From NCBI GenBank assembly GCA_012295275.1, contig CM022669.1, positions 8,122,001 to 8,186,000 of the forward strand: a stretch of 64,000 bases of DNA, read 5' to 3'. Both the position numbers and the translations under genes were made by a program. This document shows, one piece after another, positions 11,288 through 21,965 of the stretch. Under the pieces are notes generated by a model. It did no database searches, was not told the origin of the DNA, and saw nothing but the letters and a program-made list of their open reading frames with translations. Positions within the stretch are counted from its first letter, which is position 1. Every line of letters begins with the position of its first letter. This stretch comes from Chrysomallon squamiferum. Its lineage: Eukaryota; Animalia; Mollusca.

Positions 11288-14158
11288 TACACACACATCA
11301 CATATTTGCTTAAAAAGACCAATAACTGTTGTGTAATTTTCTGTGGTTCTTGATGGAGAATGTTTCTCAAAATCTCTCTAATTACTGAAGGGTTATATTC
11401 TGTCACCTGTTTAATGTGCATTTTAATATAATTATAATCATCACAAGTAGATGTTTAAAGCATATGTGACTGTTCAATTGATTACACTAATCTTTACTAA
11501 AAATAAAGTTTGGTAATAACAAGACTTAATTATCATGCATTCAACAGATAATGTCATGTTCCATCATTTTTCTTTGTATTCTTTACATTATATGTAAAAG
11601 AATATCAAGTACATCAATATGTTCATTGATGACAACCATAAAGAAAACAACAAGATGATGTATTCTAACTATTCACATCTATATGTACACTGAGGTACAG
11701 TCAGTTAACAGGTAAGTACGGAGAACACACCTGATGCTGTTTTAGAAGTCTCGGACTGCCAAACTCTTCTCCACAATCCAAACATTTGTCTCTACCAGGA
11801 ACATGCCTCTCTTTATGTACCCGTAACTCACTTGGGTAGGCAAAACCACGCCCACAGATATCACACTTGTATGGCTTGTTGTCACCCAGGTGTACAGCCT
11901 GATGTCTTTTTAGATGACTCACCTTGATAAATAGACAAATAACTTCACTCTAATATTAACATTTATCTCTGACTGCGTATTTTAAAATTGGGAGTATCTT
12001 CTTCTTTGAATATCTGGAATATGTGTAACTGTGTATGTGTATTTGTCTGTGCTTGTGTGTCCATGTGTATATTTCAGTATGTCTGTGCTTGTGTGTGTGT
12101 GTGTCTGTTTGTGTGTGTAATGCTTTTCCTCAGTTTCTATCTTATATTACAGCTCCTAACGGAGAAAAAAGTAAAAAGGTCAACATTTCTAAATGAACTC
12201 CAACTTACCTGTGTGAAACCTTTTGAACAGATAGTACACACATGAGGCTTTACATTGTCATGTGTCAACATATGTGTGTTCAGATGACTCAGCTGCTTAA
12301 AGTATTTTCCACAAACCCTGCACAGGTGAGGCTTGATGCCATTGTGGTCGAGGATGTGGGTGACGAGGTTGTGTTTGGTGGTGTAGTTCTTGGAGCACAG
12401 GTGACACTGCCATCGTTTCTGGTCATTGATGAGAATGCACTGAGACTCGTCAATCTGAATATTCACCTCCATCCGCTCCATGTCCAGCTTCTCCTTGGTT
12501 GCCTGGAAAATAGCTTCTCTCTGTTCAGCATCTGTCTCATCACTGATGTCCTTCCTGGGAAAACTTTCATTCTGATCAGTTGAGTTGAATCTCTCTGTTC
12601 TCGTGAAACCTTCAGCCCGTGGAGTGCTGAACCTTTGTGGCAGGAAGTTCTGTCCACCTTCGTGACTTTCCGAATTCTCGTGACTTCCTGCATTATTTGT
12701 GCCAATACCATTTTCTGTACGGTTGCTTCTTCCCATTCGGAATCCACCAGTGTTAAAAGAAGGAGACAAAAGCTGTCTAGGATTATCATAAGCCATCTGC
12801 AGCCTTTCTCTTTTAGCAGCTGGATCAGGATTGGGCACCATGCTGCGAGGATGATAAGAATTGACTGAATTTTTGTCTTTCTGAGCTGAGCCATCACAAG
12901 CTGATGCTGACCACCGCTCATGTTCTCGCTTGATTGTCTTCATGGCATTCTCTGAGCCTGTCTGGATGGCAATAGACCTTGTCTCTTTGTCTATCTGTTC
13001 CTGAGAGTAGACAACTGTCTTGTTAGCATCACTGTCCTTGCTTGACAAACTGTTCTCTAGCTGGCCAGCTAAAATAAACTTGATTGCACCTTTGTCATTG
13101 TTCTGCCTTTTAGCACATGAAGGACTGAATTTGTTTAAGAATCTTGTCTGAGGTGAAATAGAACCTGATCTGTTAAGATGATCAGTTTCTGGTGAGCTGC
13201 CTACTAAAGGTTTCTCCAGCATATTCATCTGCATGGCACGTTCCCTGCTGGCATTCTGCATGTGTTTCTCCATTGTACGATTGTCATGGGTTGATGAAGA
13301 ATCAGAGTAAGACATCTGTCGAGTCATGTGTTGTTTCATGGGGGGTGTGGGTGGAGAAGCAACTCTCCCATTCATCCCAGCATCACCTGCCTGACGATGA
13401 TCTGAATGAACACTTTGATACACATCAAAGTGACCACGTGACTCCATGGACTTCTGTTTTGCCATGTCCAGACAGTGTCCTGTATCTCTAGGTGACAAGT
13501 GTGATGTTCTGCTTTCAGACATGTTTTCCTGGTGCTGGTAACTTTGCAGAGGTTGGAATGGTTGTGTCTCTGGAGCTAAACTGTTTCTCCCACTAGGAGT
13601 TCCCATTTCATGTGATGGACTTAACAACTGCTGTTTGTGGGAATCATTATAAGATCTCTGGAGATCCATACTAGAGAGGCCAGTTGGAGCTGGCGACACA
13701 ATGGAATTAAAACTTGGAAGATGGTCAGCTGTGTGTCTTCGTGATGACTCTGGTGGTGGTGGTGAGAAAGGTGGTCCAGTCACTGGTGATATGTCCAGAC
13801 TAAAACCTGGGTGGGTCTGGCTGTGAGGCTGATGCCGCAGACTCTGACTGGGTCGTGGTTGCCTGGGTGACATATCCATTTCAAGATTCTGACATAATGG
13901 AGACTGGGACATCAGAGGGAATCCTTGAGGTGAGAGGTTCTGGGAGAAACCAAGTGGAAATCTTGATGATGCAAACTGGTTTGCTCCAGAGAAGGAAATT
14001 GCATCAGGTGGGGCAAGAGACATGCTTGCCATCAGATGGGAATACGGTACTCCATGTTGAAGAAGAGATGGGTTTAAGTCATCCTGACTGGAGGAATCTG
14101 GTTGTAAATGCTGTCGATTATCAGAAGAATAAGCAAATCCATGACTGAGGTTGTCCAT
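7959..14158 (-). CDS. ZNF710: ZNF710/ZNF366-like C2H2 zinc-finger transcription factor, spliced CDS join(14158..12209,11922..11731,11033..10890,9852..9618,9159..9058,8659..7959); 3324 nt, 1107 aa, 11 fingers
   Basis: All five introns are GT..AG and phases chain correctly (0,0,0,1,1). The translation gives 11 tandem fingers. Diagnostic segments EVNIQIDES..QKRWQC, HNLVTHILDHNGIKPH, FKQLSHLNTHMLTH, GRGFAYPSEL, QTLKAHMVVH, GKEFGRLHNLQGHMHMH and FTLKGNLNRHKKVKHG closely match vertebrate ZNF366/ZNF710 as I recall them. Probably a co-ortholog of both. Confidence 0.93.
9058..9159 (-). CDS. ZNF710: ZNF710-like exon 6 (GKEFGRLH...FTLKG): ZF10 and first half of ZF11
   Basis: Acceptor cgttttAG, donor AAG|GTTATA; 102 nt, phase 1-1. 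Confidence 0.92.
9618..9852 (-). CDS. ZNF710: ZNF710-like exon 5 (EHHLRAH...YQCSLCG): end of ZF7, ZF8, ZF9, start of ZF10
   Basis: Acceptor ttttaaAG, donor GTG|GTAAGT; 235 nt, phase 0-1. Confidence 0.93.
9915..10130 (+). mobile_element. SINE fragment in ZNF710-like intron 4
   Basis: CAAAGGCCATGGCTTATGCT, TTTCCACTCTC and CATAACCGTTAATAAATGTGTGGAGGTGC..AAAACATTTTCTTCTTTC tail match the family blocks. Confidence 0.55.
10890..11033 (-). CDS. ZNF710: ZNF710-like exon 4 (ATHEDREN...GMDFMK): end of ZF5, ZF6, first half of ZF7
   Basis: Acceptor ttataAG, donor AAG|GTTTGT; 144 nt, phase 0-0. Confidence 0.92.
11046..11298. repeat. Compound (TA)n/(CA)n microsatellite in ZNF710-like intron 3
   Basis: Directly visible; abuts the exon 4 acceptor. 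Confidence 0.95.
11731..11922 (-). CDS. ZNF710: ZNF710-like exon 3 (VSHLKRH...LLKQHQ): end of ZF3, ZF4, most of ZF5
   Basis: Acceptor ttatcaAG, donor CAG|GTGTGT; 192 nt, phase 0-0; completes the finger split by intron 2. Confidence 0.92.
12209..14158 (-). CDS. ZNF710: ZNF710-like coding exon 1 (gene exon 2): S/P/Q/H-rich N-terminal region, ZF1, ZF2 and first half of ZF3
   Basis: Acceptor tttacAG at 14170-14169, ATG (MDNLSHG) at 14158, donor CAG|GTAAGT after 12209; 1950 nt = 650 codons; lies within ORF 12137..14212. Confidence 0.92.
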
Positions 14159-14669
14159 CACAGAAACTCTGTAAATTGAATAATTTATTAAAAACAAAAA
14201 ATTAATTATCAAATATTTATAATTTGTTTTAACACGGTCTGTTAGAAGATGGCAGTATTGTTTAAAGAACTGGAAAATTTTACATTTGAAGACTAAGTCA
14301 CGGTGAGCTCTGAAATAATATCTATTTATCTAATCAGACTTTTGATGTTGCTATGAAAACTGTCTGCAGTTTGTCACTTCATACAGACTGAATTAATAAT
14401 ATCCATCATAGACTGAATTGATAATTATGCAATATGTTATTTTAATAATAATATTTTGAATTATACAACATACCAGGGTCATGATATTCATTAGTGTTAG
14501 AGCTGAAACTGATAATAATTTTATTTATTTGTTAGGAAGAAAATACTGTAACAAATAAGGAACACATAAACAATCAAAAATATTGACGTGAAATTTTATT
14601 CCCTAATGATAACAACAAATCATTTAAACATTAACAATGCAAGAAACAGCAGTCATACAATAAATAATA

Positions 14670-15075
14670 AAAAACCGCAGCAAGTCTTGCTGTTTCCCGT
14701 TAGCCACGCCCACCAAGCAGGGAAAAAAAATGGCCGAAAGAAAGAAGGACAAAGACCAAACTTCAACAACCCATTCAGTTTTAACTTAATTATTTAATAT
14801 TTATAGACCTTAGATAACTTTTGTATGATACAATACAAACTCAAAAGCATAAACTATGAACACAGAGTCAATTATTTTAAATAAAGACAGACAAATCTAT
14901 AAATTCGTAACAAAATTCATTAGAATGACGGAAGGTAAAAATGGAATGGCGGCGAAGGCACTACAACGGTCTAGACATATTTTATCGTTAATAAAACAAT
15001 CAAACCAAACGCGAATTGCTTGGAAATGTCAAAGAAATATATTACAAACACCGAAGTGTAAAAACGTCCGTGTCA
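14670..15075. promoter_or_regulatory. CpG-retaining intron-1 regulatory region
   Basis: KLF/SP-type GCCACGCCC at 14703-14711; YY1-like AAAATGGCCG at 14727-14736 and ATGGCGGC at 14946-14953; more CpG than the flanks. Confidence 0.4.
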
Positions 15076-15115
15076 GTTTTGCAATGTAAAGTATATTTCT
15101 ATTAAAAATACTCAC

Positions 15116-15200
15116 AATCTGTCTTTCTGTGGATAGACTGAAGAAAGCAGGCCGCAACCTTAGCTTTGCGCATGAATACATCACAAATGACGTTCAACAA
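15116..15200 (-). promoter_or_regulatory. Probable promoter and short non-coding first exon of the ZNF710-like gene
   Basis: Donor GTGAGTA at 15115 on minus; Inr-like TCAGT at 15141-15137; NRF1-like TGCGCATG at 15167-15174; CRE half-site TGACGT near 15188; local CpG retention. The big exon starts with an acceptor 10 nt before its ATG, so an upstream exon is needed. TSS uncertain. Confidence 0.6.
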
Positions 15201-15587
15201 TTGTCATCAACAGACACTTTCATTCAAAAGATTATTATTCTTTTTCTTAAAAATATGATCGTATATCTAAATTAAAATAATAATATTTCTTCTGTATTAA
15301 ACGATTTCATATAATATGATTGTTTATTTTATGCACTATTTTGTTTGTATTGTGTAAGGGATTTTTTTTTATTCTAAAACTACCTGTCGCTTTTATAGCT
15401 CACAGGTGTTTTGTTTTCATCAGTGATACTCCGTTATGAGTTATAATAGAGAGGCTCCCAATGAACATACTTCCGCATTCGTCTAACGGATTACATAACA
15501 TTAGTATTAGCTGTAAACTAGAGGTGGTCCTTTTTATTAGTTTCACCGGTGATTTTCCACTAGGCCTATTGATGAATGTATAACTAA

Positions 15588-15599
15588 TATATACATATA

Positions 15600-15648
<49 letters not shown>

Positions 15649-15700
15649 AATACATATACATATATACATACATACATACATACATACATACATACATACA
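15588..15700. repeat. (TATACA)n/(TACA)n microsatellite
   Basis: Directly visible. Confidence 0.9.
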
Positions 15701-15804
15701 TTTAAGTAAGTAAACTATTGGCCAAATATTCTGTACTTTGAAATTTATATAACCAATAATTCAAAACAAAAAATAATAATAATAAAAACAAAGAAAGAAT
15801 GATA

Positions 15805-15846
<42 letters not shown>

Positions 15847-16161
15847 ATTTATTCCTAAAAAAAAAAAAAAAAAAAAATAAAAATAAAATAAAATAATCAC
15901 TGTCAGTGAATTTTTGTTCAATTCTAATTATAAAGTTGATATAAAAATAAAATAAATATTTTCAAATATACGTTCCGACGTCAACAGACGAAAAGGTATG
16001 AAATAAAAGATTACGGTAAATATATATTATATTTACTTGAAAAACTACCTCTCTCTAGAGATGTCTTTTGCTGATAAAGAAATTACATTCTTTTTGTCTT
16101 CATTTTTTTCGAAATAATTAGAATTTTTTTTAATGTTAATATTCTGTTTATTTATTTTGTC

Positions 16162-16199
<38 letters not shown>

Positions 16200-16292
16200 T
16201 TCATTTATATTTGAAGACAGTCTAGTATTACTCTTACTCTTGCACGATACTATAAATATATTATTTTCTTGGTTATGTCGTGTTAAAAAAAA

Positions 16293-16329
<37 letters not shown>

Positions 16330-17091
16330 TAATTAATCCATCATAATTTTAAAGGCACATCTATGTGGATGTATTTTATTAATAGAAACAATTCTTTATT
16401 TCTACAATCATTATTACAAAGATGATTCAGACTGTCCTCTGATTTTCCTTTAATGGGTTATTTAGAGTTATCTTCCTTACACCAATTTGCAGCAATTAAG
16501 GTGGTGTTTTGTCATTAAGATCGTTGGTATAATTTATTTATTTATTTATTTTATATTGATTTTTTGATTTATTTCATTAGATCATTAGTCATTTTTATTA
16601 GCTGGATCTAAATAAAAATTAGGCTGTTTCAACCATCAATTTCTTAAAACGGAACAATTTATAACACTATTTTTGCATTTTAAATGGCAAATTTTAATAT
16701 TAAATGAAATATAAATACATGTTACTTGAATTTAAAATTTAAACCAGTTTCAGAACACTGGCATTTTGTGGAATAATATATGTTAGTTAACAATTCATTG
16801 TATGGAATACCGGTATTTATTTTAAAAATGTGTATACTTTTCAGTGTATTTGTGGTGAGTGTTTTCAATGCTGTATTTTTTGTTTTATTTTGACTGATCG
16901 ACTGATATATATATGTGTGTGTGTGTGTGTGTATATTCATTTTAATTTACTAAATTATATTATGTTTTCAAAGTTGTTTTTTTCTTTTTAGGTTTGTTTT
17001 TAATTATCTTTCACATTCAGTATTATACAGTTATAATTGTGTCTAAATATACTTTTATTCTATATTTTATTCATACTATATAAAATGTTTG

Positions 17092-17231
17092 ACAGTAAAG
17101 TTTCAGTTTCTACAGTAAAAGTGATGTCAGTTTCAGCCAGTAAAGTGATGTCAGTTTCAGACAGTAAAGTGATGTCAGTTTCAGCTACAGTAAAGTGATG
17201 TCAGTTTCAGATACTAAATATGATGTCAGTC
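17092..17231. repeat. Minisatellite, about 24-26 bp unit CAGTAAAGTGATGTCAGTTTCAG, about 5 copies
   Basis: Directly visible tandem copies. Confidence 0.9.
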
Positions 17232-17443
17232 TAAATCAAATGATAATTTTTGATATAGAAACTTTTGGTATCTTTCTATAAAAATACAAACTGTTGAAGC
17301 AGGACATTTCTCACACTGTATTCTGCCAACAATGTTTATTTCAATTTTCAAGTTTTTTATGTTTTTTCCTCTTTGGGGAGGGCCATTATATAAAAAAAAA
17401 ATAATAATAATTTTGTTAATAGATTTTTTTTGATGGATTTCTT

Positions 17444-17484
<41 letters not shown>

Positions 17485-18964
17485 AGGTATTATGTTTCAT
17501 TAACTAAGCTCCAGATCCTGATTTATAAATTTGTTTCCAAGTCTGTTTACAGATATTACTTCCAGTCAGTACATGTAACAAAAACAATAAAAAACAAACA
17601 AACACACACACACACACAAACACAAACAAACACACACACACACAACAAATAAAACACAAACACATTCAAGGGGTTTTTCTGATTACAAGTCTTGGTGTCT
17701 TTTATTCACTGGATCAAAGTGAAATATAAATAACACATATAATAACATATATTACATAACTATATAACATATTTTGATTCATGTATACAGATAATACAAA
17801 CATTTTGATTCATGTATACAGATAACCCATAACTGATCAAATAAAAATTAAAAATAACAAAACTTAAAAATGTATACATCTATTATCTGTCTAACATAGA
17901 TCGATAGATAGATAGACAGAGATAGAGATATAGATACACAGGTAAGATGTAAACAGAATTAAACATCTGTGTACATGTACACAAATAAACATATTCAGAT
18001 GCATTATTACACATAATCTCTCCCAGATATATTCCTTCACATACTCACATACACATACACACAAACATAGACAAACACACACATGCACACATAAACATTT
18101 AACACTCACAAATCAAGAGTATTTTGTTATTTTACATTTATTTTCCTTCTCACAGTTTTTGTTCTCAGATTGTTACATGTTGAAGTACAAAGATGTCATC
18201 CATGTTACTGATAAACATGCTGAACTTCCCTCTTCATTTGCTTCATGTTACAAACAATGAAGTCTGCACTTCACTCACAACAAGTATTGATGTTTTTCTG
18301 TGAAAAAAAAAACAACAAAACCTGCAAGCAGTTCACAACTGACTAATCAATTCTGAATCATTAATGCACCAAAATGTCTGGTAATTTGATTTTAAATTTT
18401 TTATATTGTATGTTTTTTTTTTTTTTTTTTTGGTTTACGTTATTTGTAGCTATTATCTATGTTGATGGAAACGAAATAAAAGGATGGTTTGATGTTTTTA
18501 TTTTTTGTTGTTTATCCATTTATTTTGTGCAATTTTATTCTAACTTTTCAAAAAATTTAAATTTAAAAAAAAGAATTATTTATTCTTTTATATTTTTTTT
18601 ATTTATATTTTTTTTATTTATATATATATTTTTTTAACTCGGTTCTGAAATTGCAGGCATTAATCTCAACATAAATAAGATATGGAAATTTTATTCTTAT
18701 TAATGTTTTTTTTTTTTTTTTTTTTTTTTCAATTTTGTTATCATTGTTTATGGAACAAACAAAAACATATTCTGAATGCAAATGCATGTTTGTAAGTTGT
18801 AATTAAAAGATAGTTCATTATTTATTTCATTTTTATTTAAAGCGTATTAATGTTTTTCCAACACTTTCATTATTAGTTTATCTTTCTTTTTTTTTATTTT
18901 TTTTATTTATTTCTTCATTTTCTTTTACATTCCAGATTTTTTAAAGGTATATTACAGATATTTT

Positions 18965-19345
18965 AGGGATATTCCTGTATGAGATATAGTTAACATAAAA
19001 TACTGTGCAGGTTTTCCTGTGTGAGACATAGTTAACATTAAATATTGTGTAGTTTTCTGTGTGAGACATAGTTAACATAAAATATTGTGTAGTTTTTCTG
19101 TGTGAGATGTAGTTAACATAAAATATTGTGTAGGTTTTCCTGTGTGAGATATAGTTAACATAAAGTAAAGACATAGTTAACATAAAGTATTTTCCCTGGG
19201 TGACATAGAGACATGAGACATTTAAAACATAGGTTTTCCTGTGTGAAAAAAAGTTAACAAAAATTGTAGGTTTTTCTGTGTGAGACATATTTAACATAAA
19301 AATATGCAATGTAGGTTTTTCTGTGTGAGGCATCATTGACCTAAA
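18965..19345. repeat. Minisatellite, about 39-41 bp unit TGTAGGTTTTCCTGTGTGAGACATAGTTAACATAAAATAT, about 9 degenerate copies
   Basis: Directly visible; explains the spurious ORF 18941..19420. Confidence 0.9.
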
Positions 19346-19535
19346 AGATCCCTTGCTGCTAATCTGTAGGAGTAACACTTGCAGAAGACAGGTTTGTTTT
19401 CTAAAAAGTGTTTTGTACACAACCAGTGTTACACTCCTGGCTAGAATGGGTAATAATACAAAGGTCTCATTAAAAAAGAATTGATCCTGAAATGATCACT
19501 GAGGTTAATGCTGTATCACTGAACTACATCCCCAC
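19305..19535. mobile_element. Two juxtaposed SINE fragments (plus-strand core 19305-19400; minus-strand head 19420-19535)
   Basis: Core TAAAAGATCCCTTGCTGCTAATC at 19342-19364 (Nin/Deu-like domain from memory); then ACCAGTG..CTGGCTAGAATGGG..TTGATCC..TATCACTGAACTACATCCC in the opposite orientation. Confidence 0.6.
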
Positions 19536-20888
19536 ACCATCCATTTGTAAAATACTCTCATGTGTTGTGGTATATTCCCACTGATCTCAACAGATCTACA
19601 GCATGTAAAACATGGTTTTTTTATACCACGAATACATTGGCTTTGATGATCAGGTGAAACTCATTAGCAGGTATCTCACAGGTGGTACTTGGTGCAGAGC
19701 ACCCAGGAGAGGTGTAACAGGAATACCACACCTTGTGGAGGGAACTGGCAAATATTTGTGAATGTTGTGATGTTTCCATTGATGTCAGCTGGTTAACATT
19801 GACACCAAGTCTTTTGGGAATGAAACCGTATTATACAGAGTTTGTGTTAATATGAAAGACATGAGAAATTTTAATTTCCTTTTTTTTTTTTTTTTCCGTT
19901 GGATTTATATTTTATTGTTGTTGTTGTTTTTATTTTATTATTTTAAAGCTTTGAATTTTTTTTTTTTAATTTTTTTGTTTTTGGTGGAAGGATGTTTTTA
20001 TTGTAATTTTGTTGCTGGCTGTTTCTAGTGCATTTTTTTGAACAATGTCTTTATTCTCTCCTTTTTCTTTCTTTCTTTTCTCTTTCTTTCTTTCTTATTT
20101 ATGTTAAGATGGTTATTATTATTATTATTTTCATTCATACATAAATTTTAATATTATTAAATTTGTTATTTATTTTTTTACTTTTTATTTACTAACATTA
20201 AATGGTAATTAATCTAGAAATATTTCATTATTTTCTTTCAGTCCTTGTTTTTCTTTTTTTATTCTTTCCCTCAACATTTCTTCTCTCATTTTTCTTTCTT
20301 TCTATCATAACTAATATTTTGTTCTTTGACACATACATGAAATTCTTACGATCCAAAAAGAGACGACCTTGACGTCAGTTAATCTGTCCTTGAGAAACTA
20401 CATGAAGGTTTTATAAAACCCCATAAATCTCCAGGGATTTGCTAAATTTAGGAACTTACATGTAGATGAAATAGGATTAATGAGATAAATGTCTTGTCAC
20501 TCAAGGTGTTAAAGTAGGTTATTTATCTGTAAGTAAGTACCAGCGTAGTGCTGTGAAAATCTGTGCAGACGTCATTTTCTTCAAGGTCAGCTTTTTCAGG
20601 AAAACATTTCTGGTGCTGATTTGCATAAATAAGAAATTCTGGATATGTGTGTTTGAGTGTGTAAAGCAAAATTCTTATAACTGGAGAGATTTGACTTTAA
20701 CATAAATTGTGCTAACAGTAAAACTTTTTACTCACGGTAACAGAAATTCCAAGAACTTGTTCTAAATTTTACTGTTGATTTGTTTTTGCAGTTTATGACA
20801 TGTTTAGGTGTTTGCAGAAATAATTTTTAATAGAAACATGTTTTTCTCTCTCCATTAAGATTTTCTTGTTTTACTCATGAATGTGTAG

Positions 20889-20890
<2 letters not shown>

Positions 20891-20954
<64 letters not shown>

Positions 20955-20964
20955 GTGTGTGTGT
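20891..20964. repeat. (GT)n microsatellite
   Basis: Directly visible. Confidence 0.95.
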
Positions 20965-21439
20965 TAAATTTATTAATCTTTAGATATTTTCATTGTGTAT
21001 ACAAATTTACAAACACTGAGAATTTAAAATGCATACATGAATATAAAGACACACACTCACTCATTAAAATTTTATGTAATACAATATTAATCTCGAGTTT
21101 TGGTATAAACACTTTATCTACAGATTAAGGCCGACATTAAAATTTAATTAGGACATAAGCTTAAATTACTTCCTATCATTTACATATACCATATCATAAT
21201 CTTATCAGACATGCAGAAAGAAATATATTTATCATGTAAGTTAAAAGATAATTTTCTTCCTATTGCTGATAGTTGTTTATCATTGGAGTTTATTAAGATA
21301 TTTTGTCTGTTTTAATAATTAAAGAATTTTTTGAAACATAATATGACATGATATTTATGAAATTTTTTATTCTTTATCAAGGTAATTTAAAGATGTTGTG
21401 AAGGTTAATCTAATCTTTATTATTGTGAATGCTGGTTTG

Positions 21440-21560
21440 ATTTTACATGTATAGGAAAACATGAACTATGTGAAGCTGGATAAGCCAGTAGTGGAGCATT
21501 GAGTGGAACAGGAAAAAGCCCATTTGGAAGTAGCAAGGAGAAATGAATTTAACTATATTG
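21440..21560 (-). mobile_element. SINE fragment
   Basis: ATAAGCCAGTAGTGGAGCATTGAGTGGAACAGGAAAAAGCCCAT resembles the block at 47552-47585. Confidence 0.45.
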
Positions 21561-21920
21561 AAATGAACATCAACATTGGCCCTAAGATAAACTTTCATTT
21601 TTTTTTTTAAATAAATTTTAATTTATTTATGTTTTCCTTTTTCTTTCATTCTTTCTTTTTTTTTTTTTTTTTTTTTTTTAAATGCTAAGTTTAAATATTC
21701 TGCAATAGTCTCAATAGACTGAGTTGACTGTAGTTTTTGTCAATAAAAAAATATTTGGTATTTCTTTTCTTCTCTTCTTTTTTGTCAATTTCACTAGTTC
21801 AGCACATCCATATATTTTTATACTGTATTATAGTTATTATCATCATTATTATTTTATTTATATTATGGATATTTATTATCAAATAAAAATTATTCCTCTT
21901 AGTGCTTGTGTCTTAACTAG

Positions 21921-21965
<45 letters not shown>

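Noticed and set aside
8008-14148. Antisense and alternative-frame ORFs overlapping the zinc-finger exons
   Set aside because: Shadow ORFs of a GC-richer coding sequence; no independent signals.
14166-15173. N-terminal extension from ATG 15173 in the first exon
   Set aside because: With the normal CAG acceptor the junction forms TAG; it would need a weak GAG acceptor, and the ATG probably lies upstream of the Inr-like TSS.
18965-19345. CRISPR-like appearance of the 40-bp array
   Set aside because: Units are head-to-tail with no unique spacers, there are no cas genes, and the context is eukaryotic.
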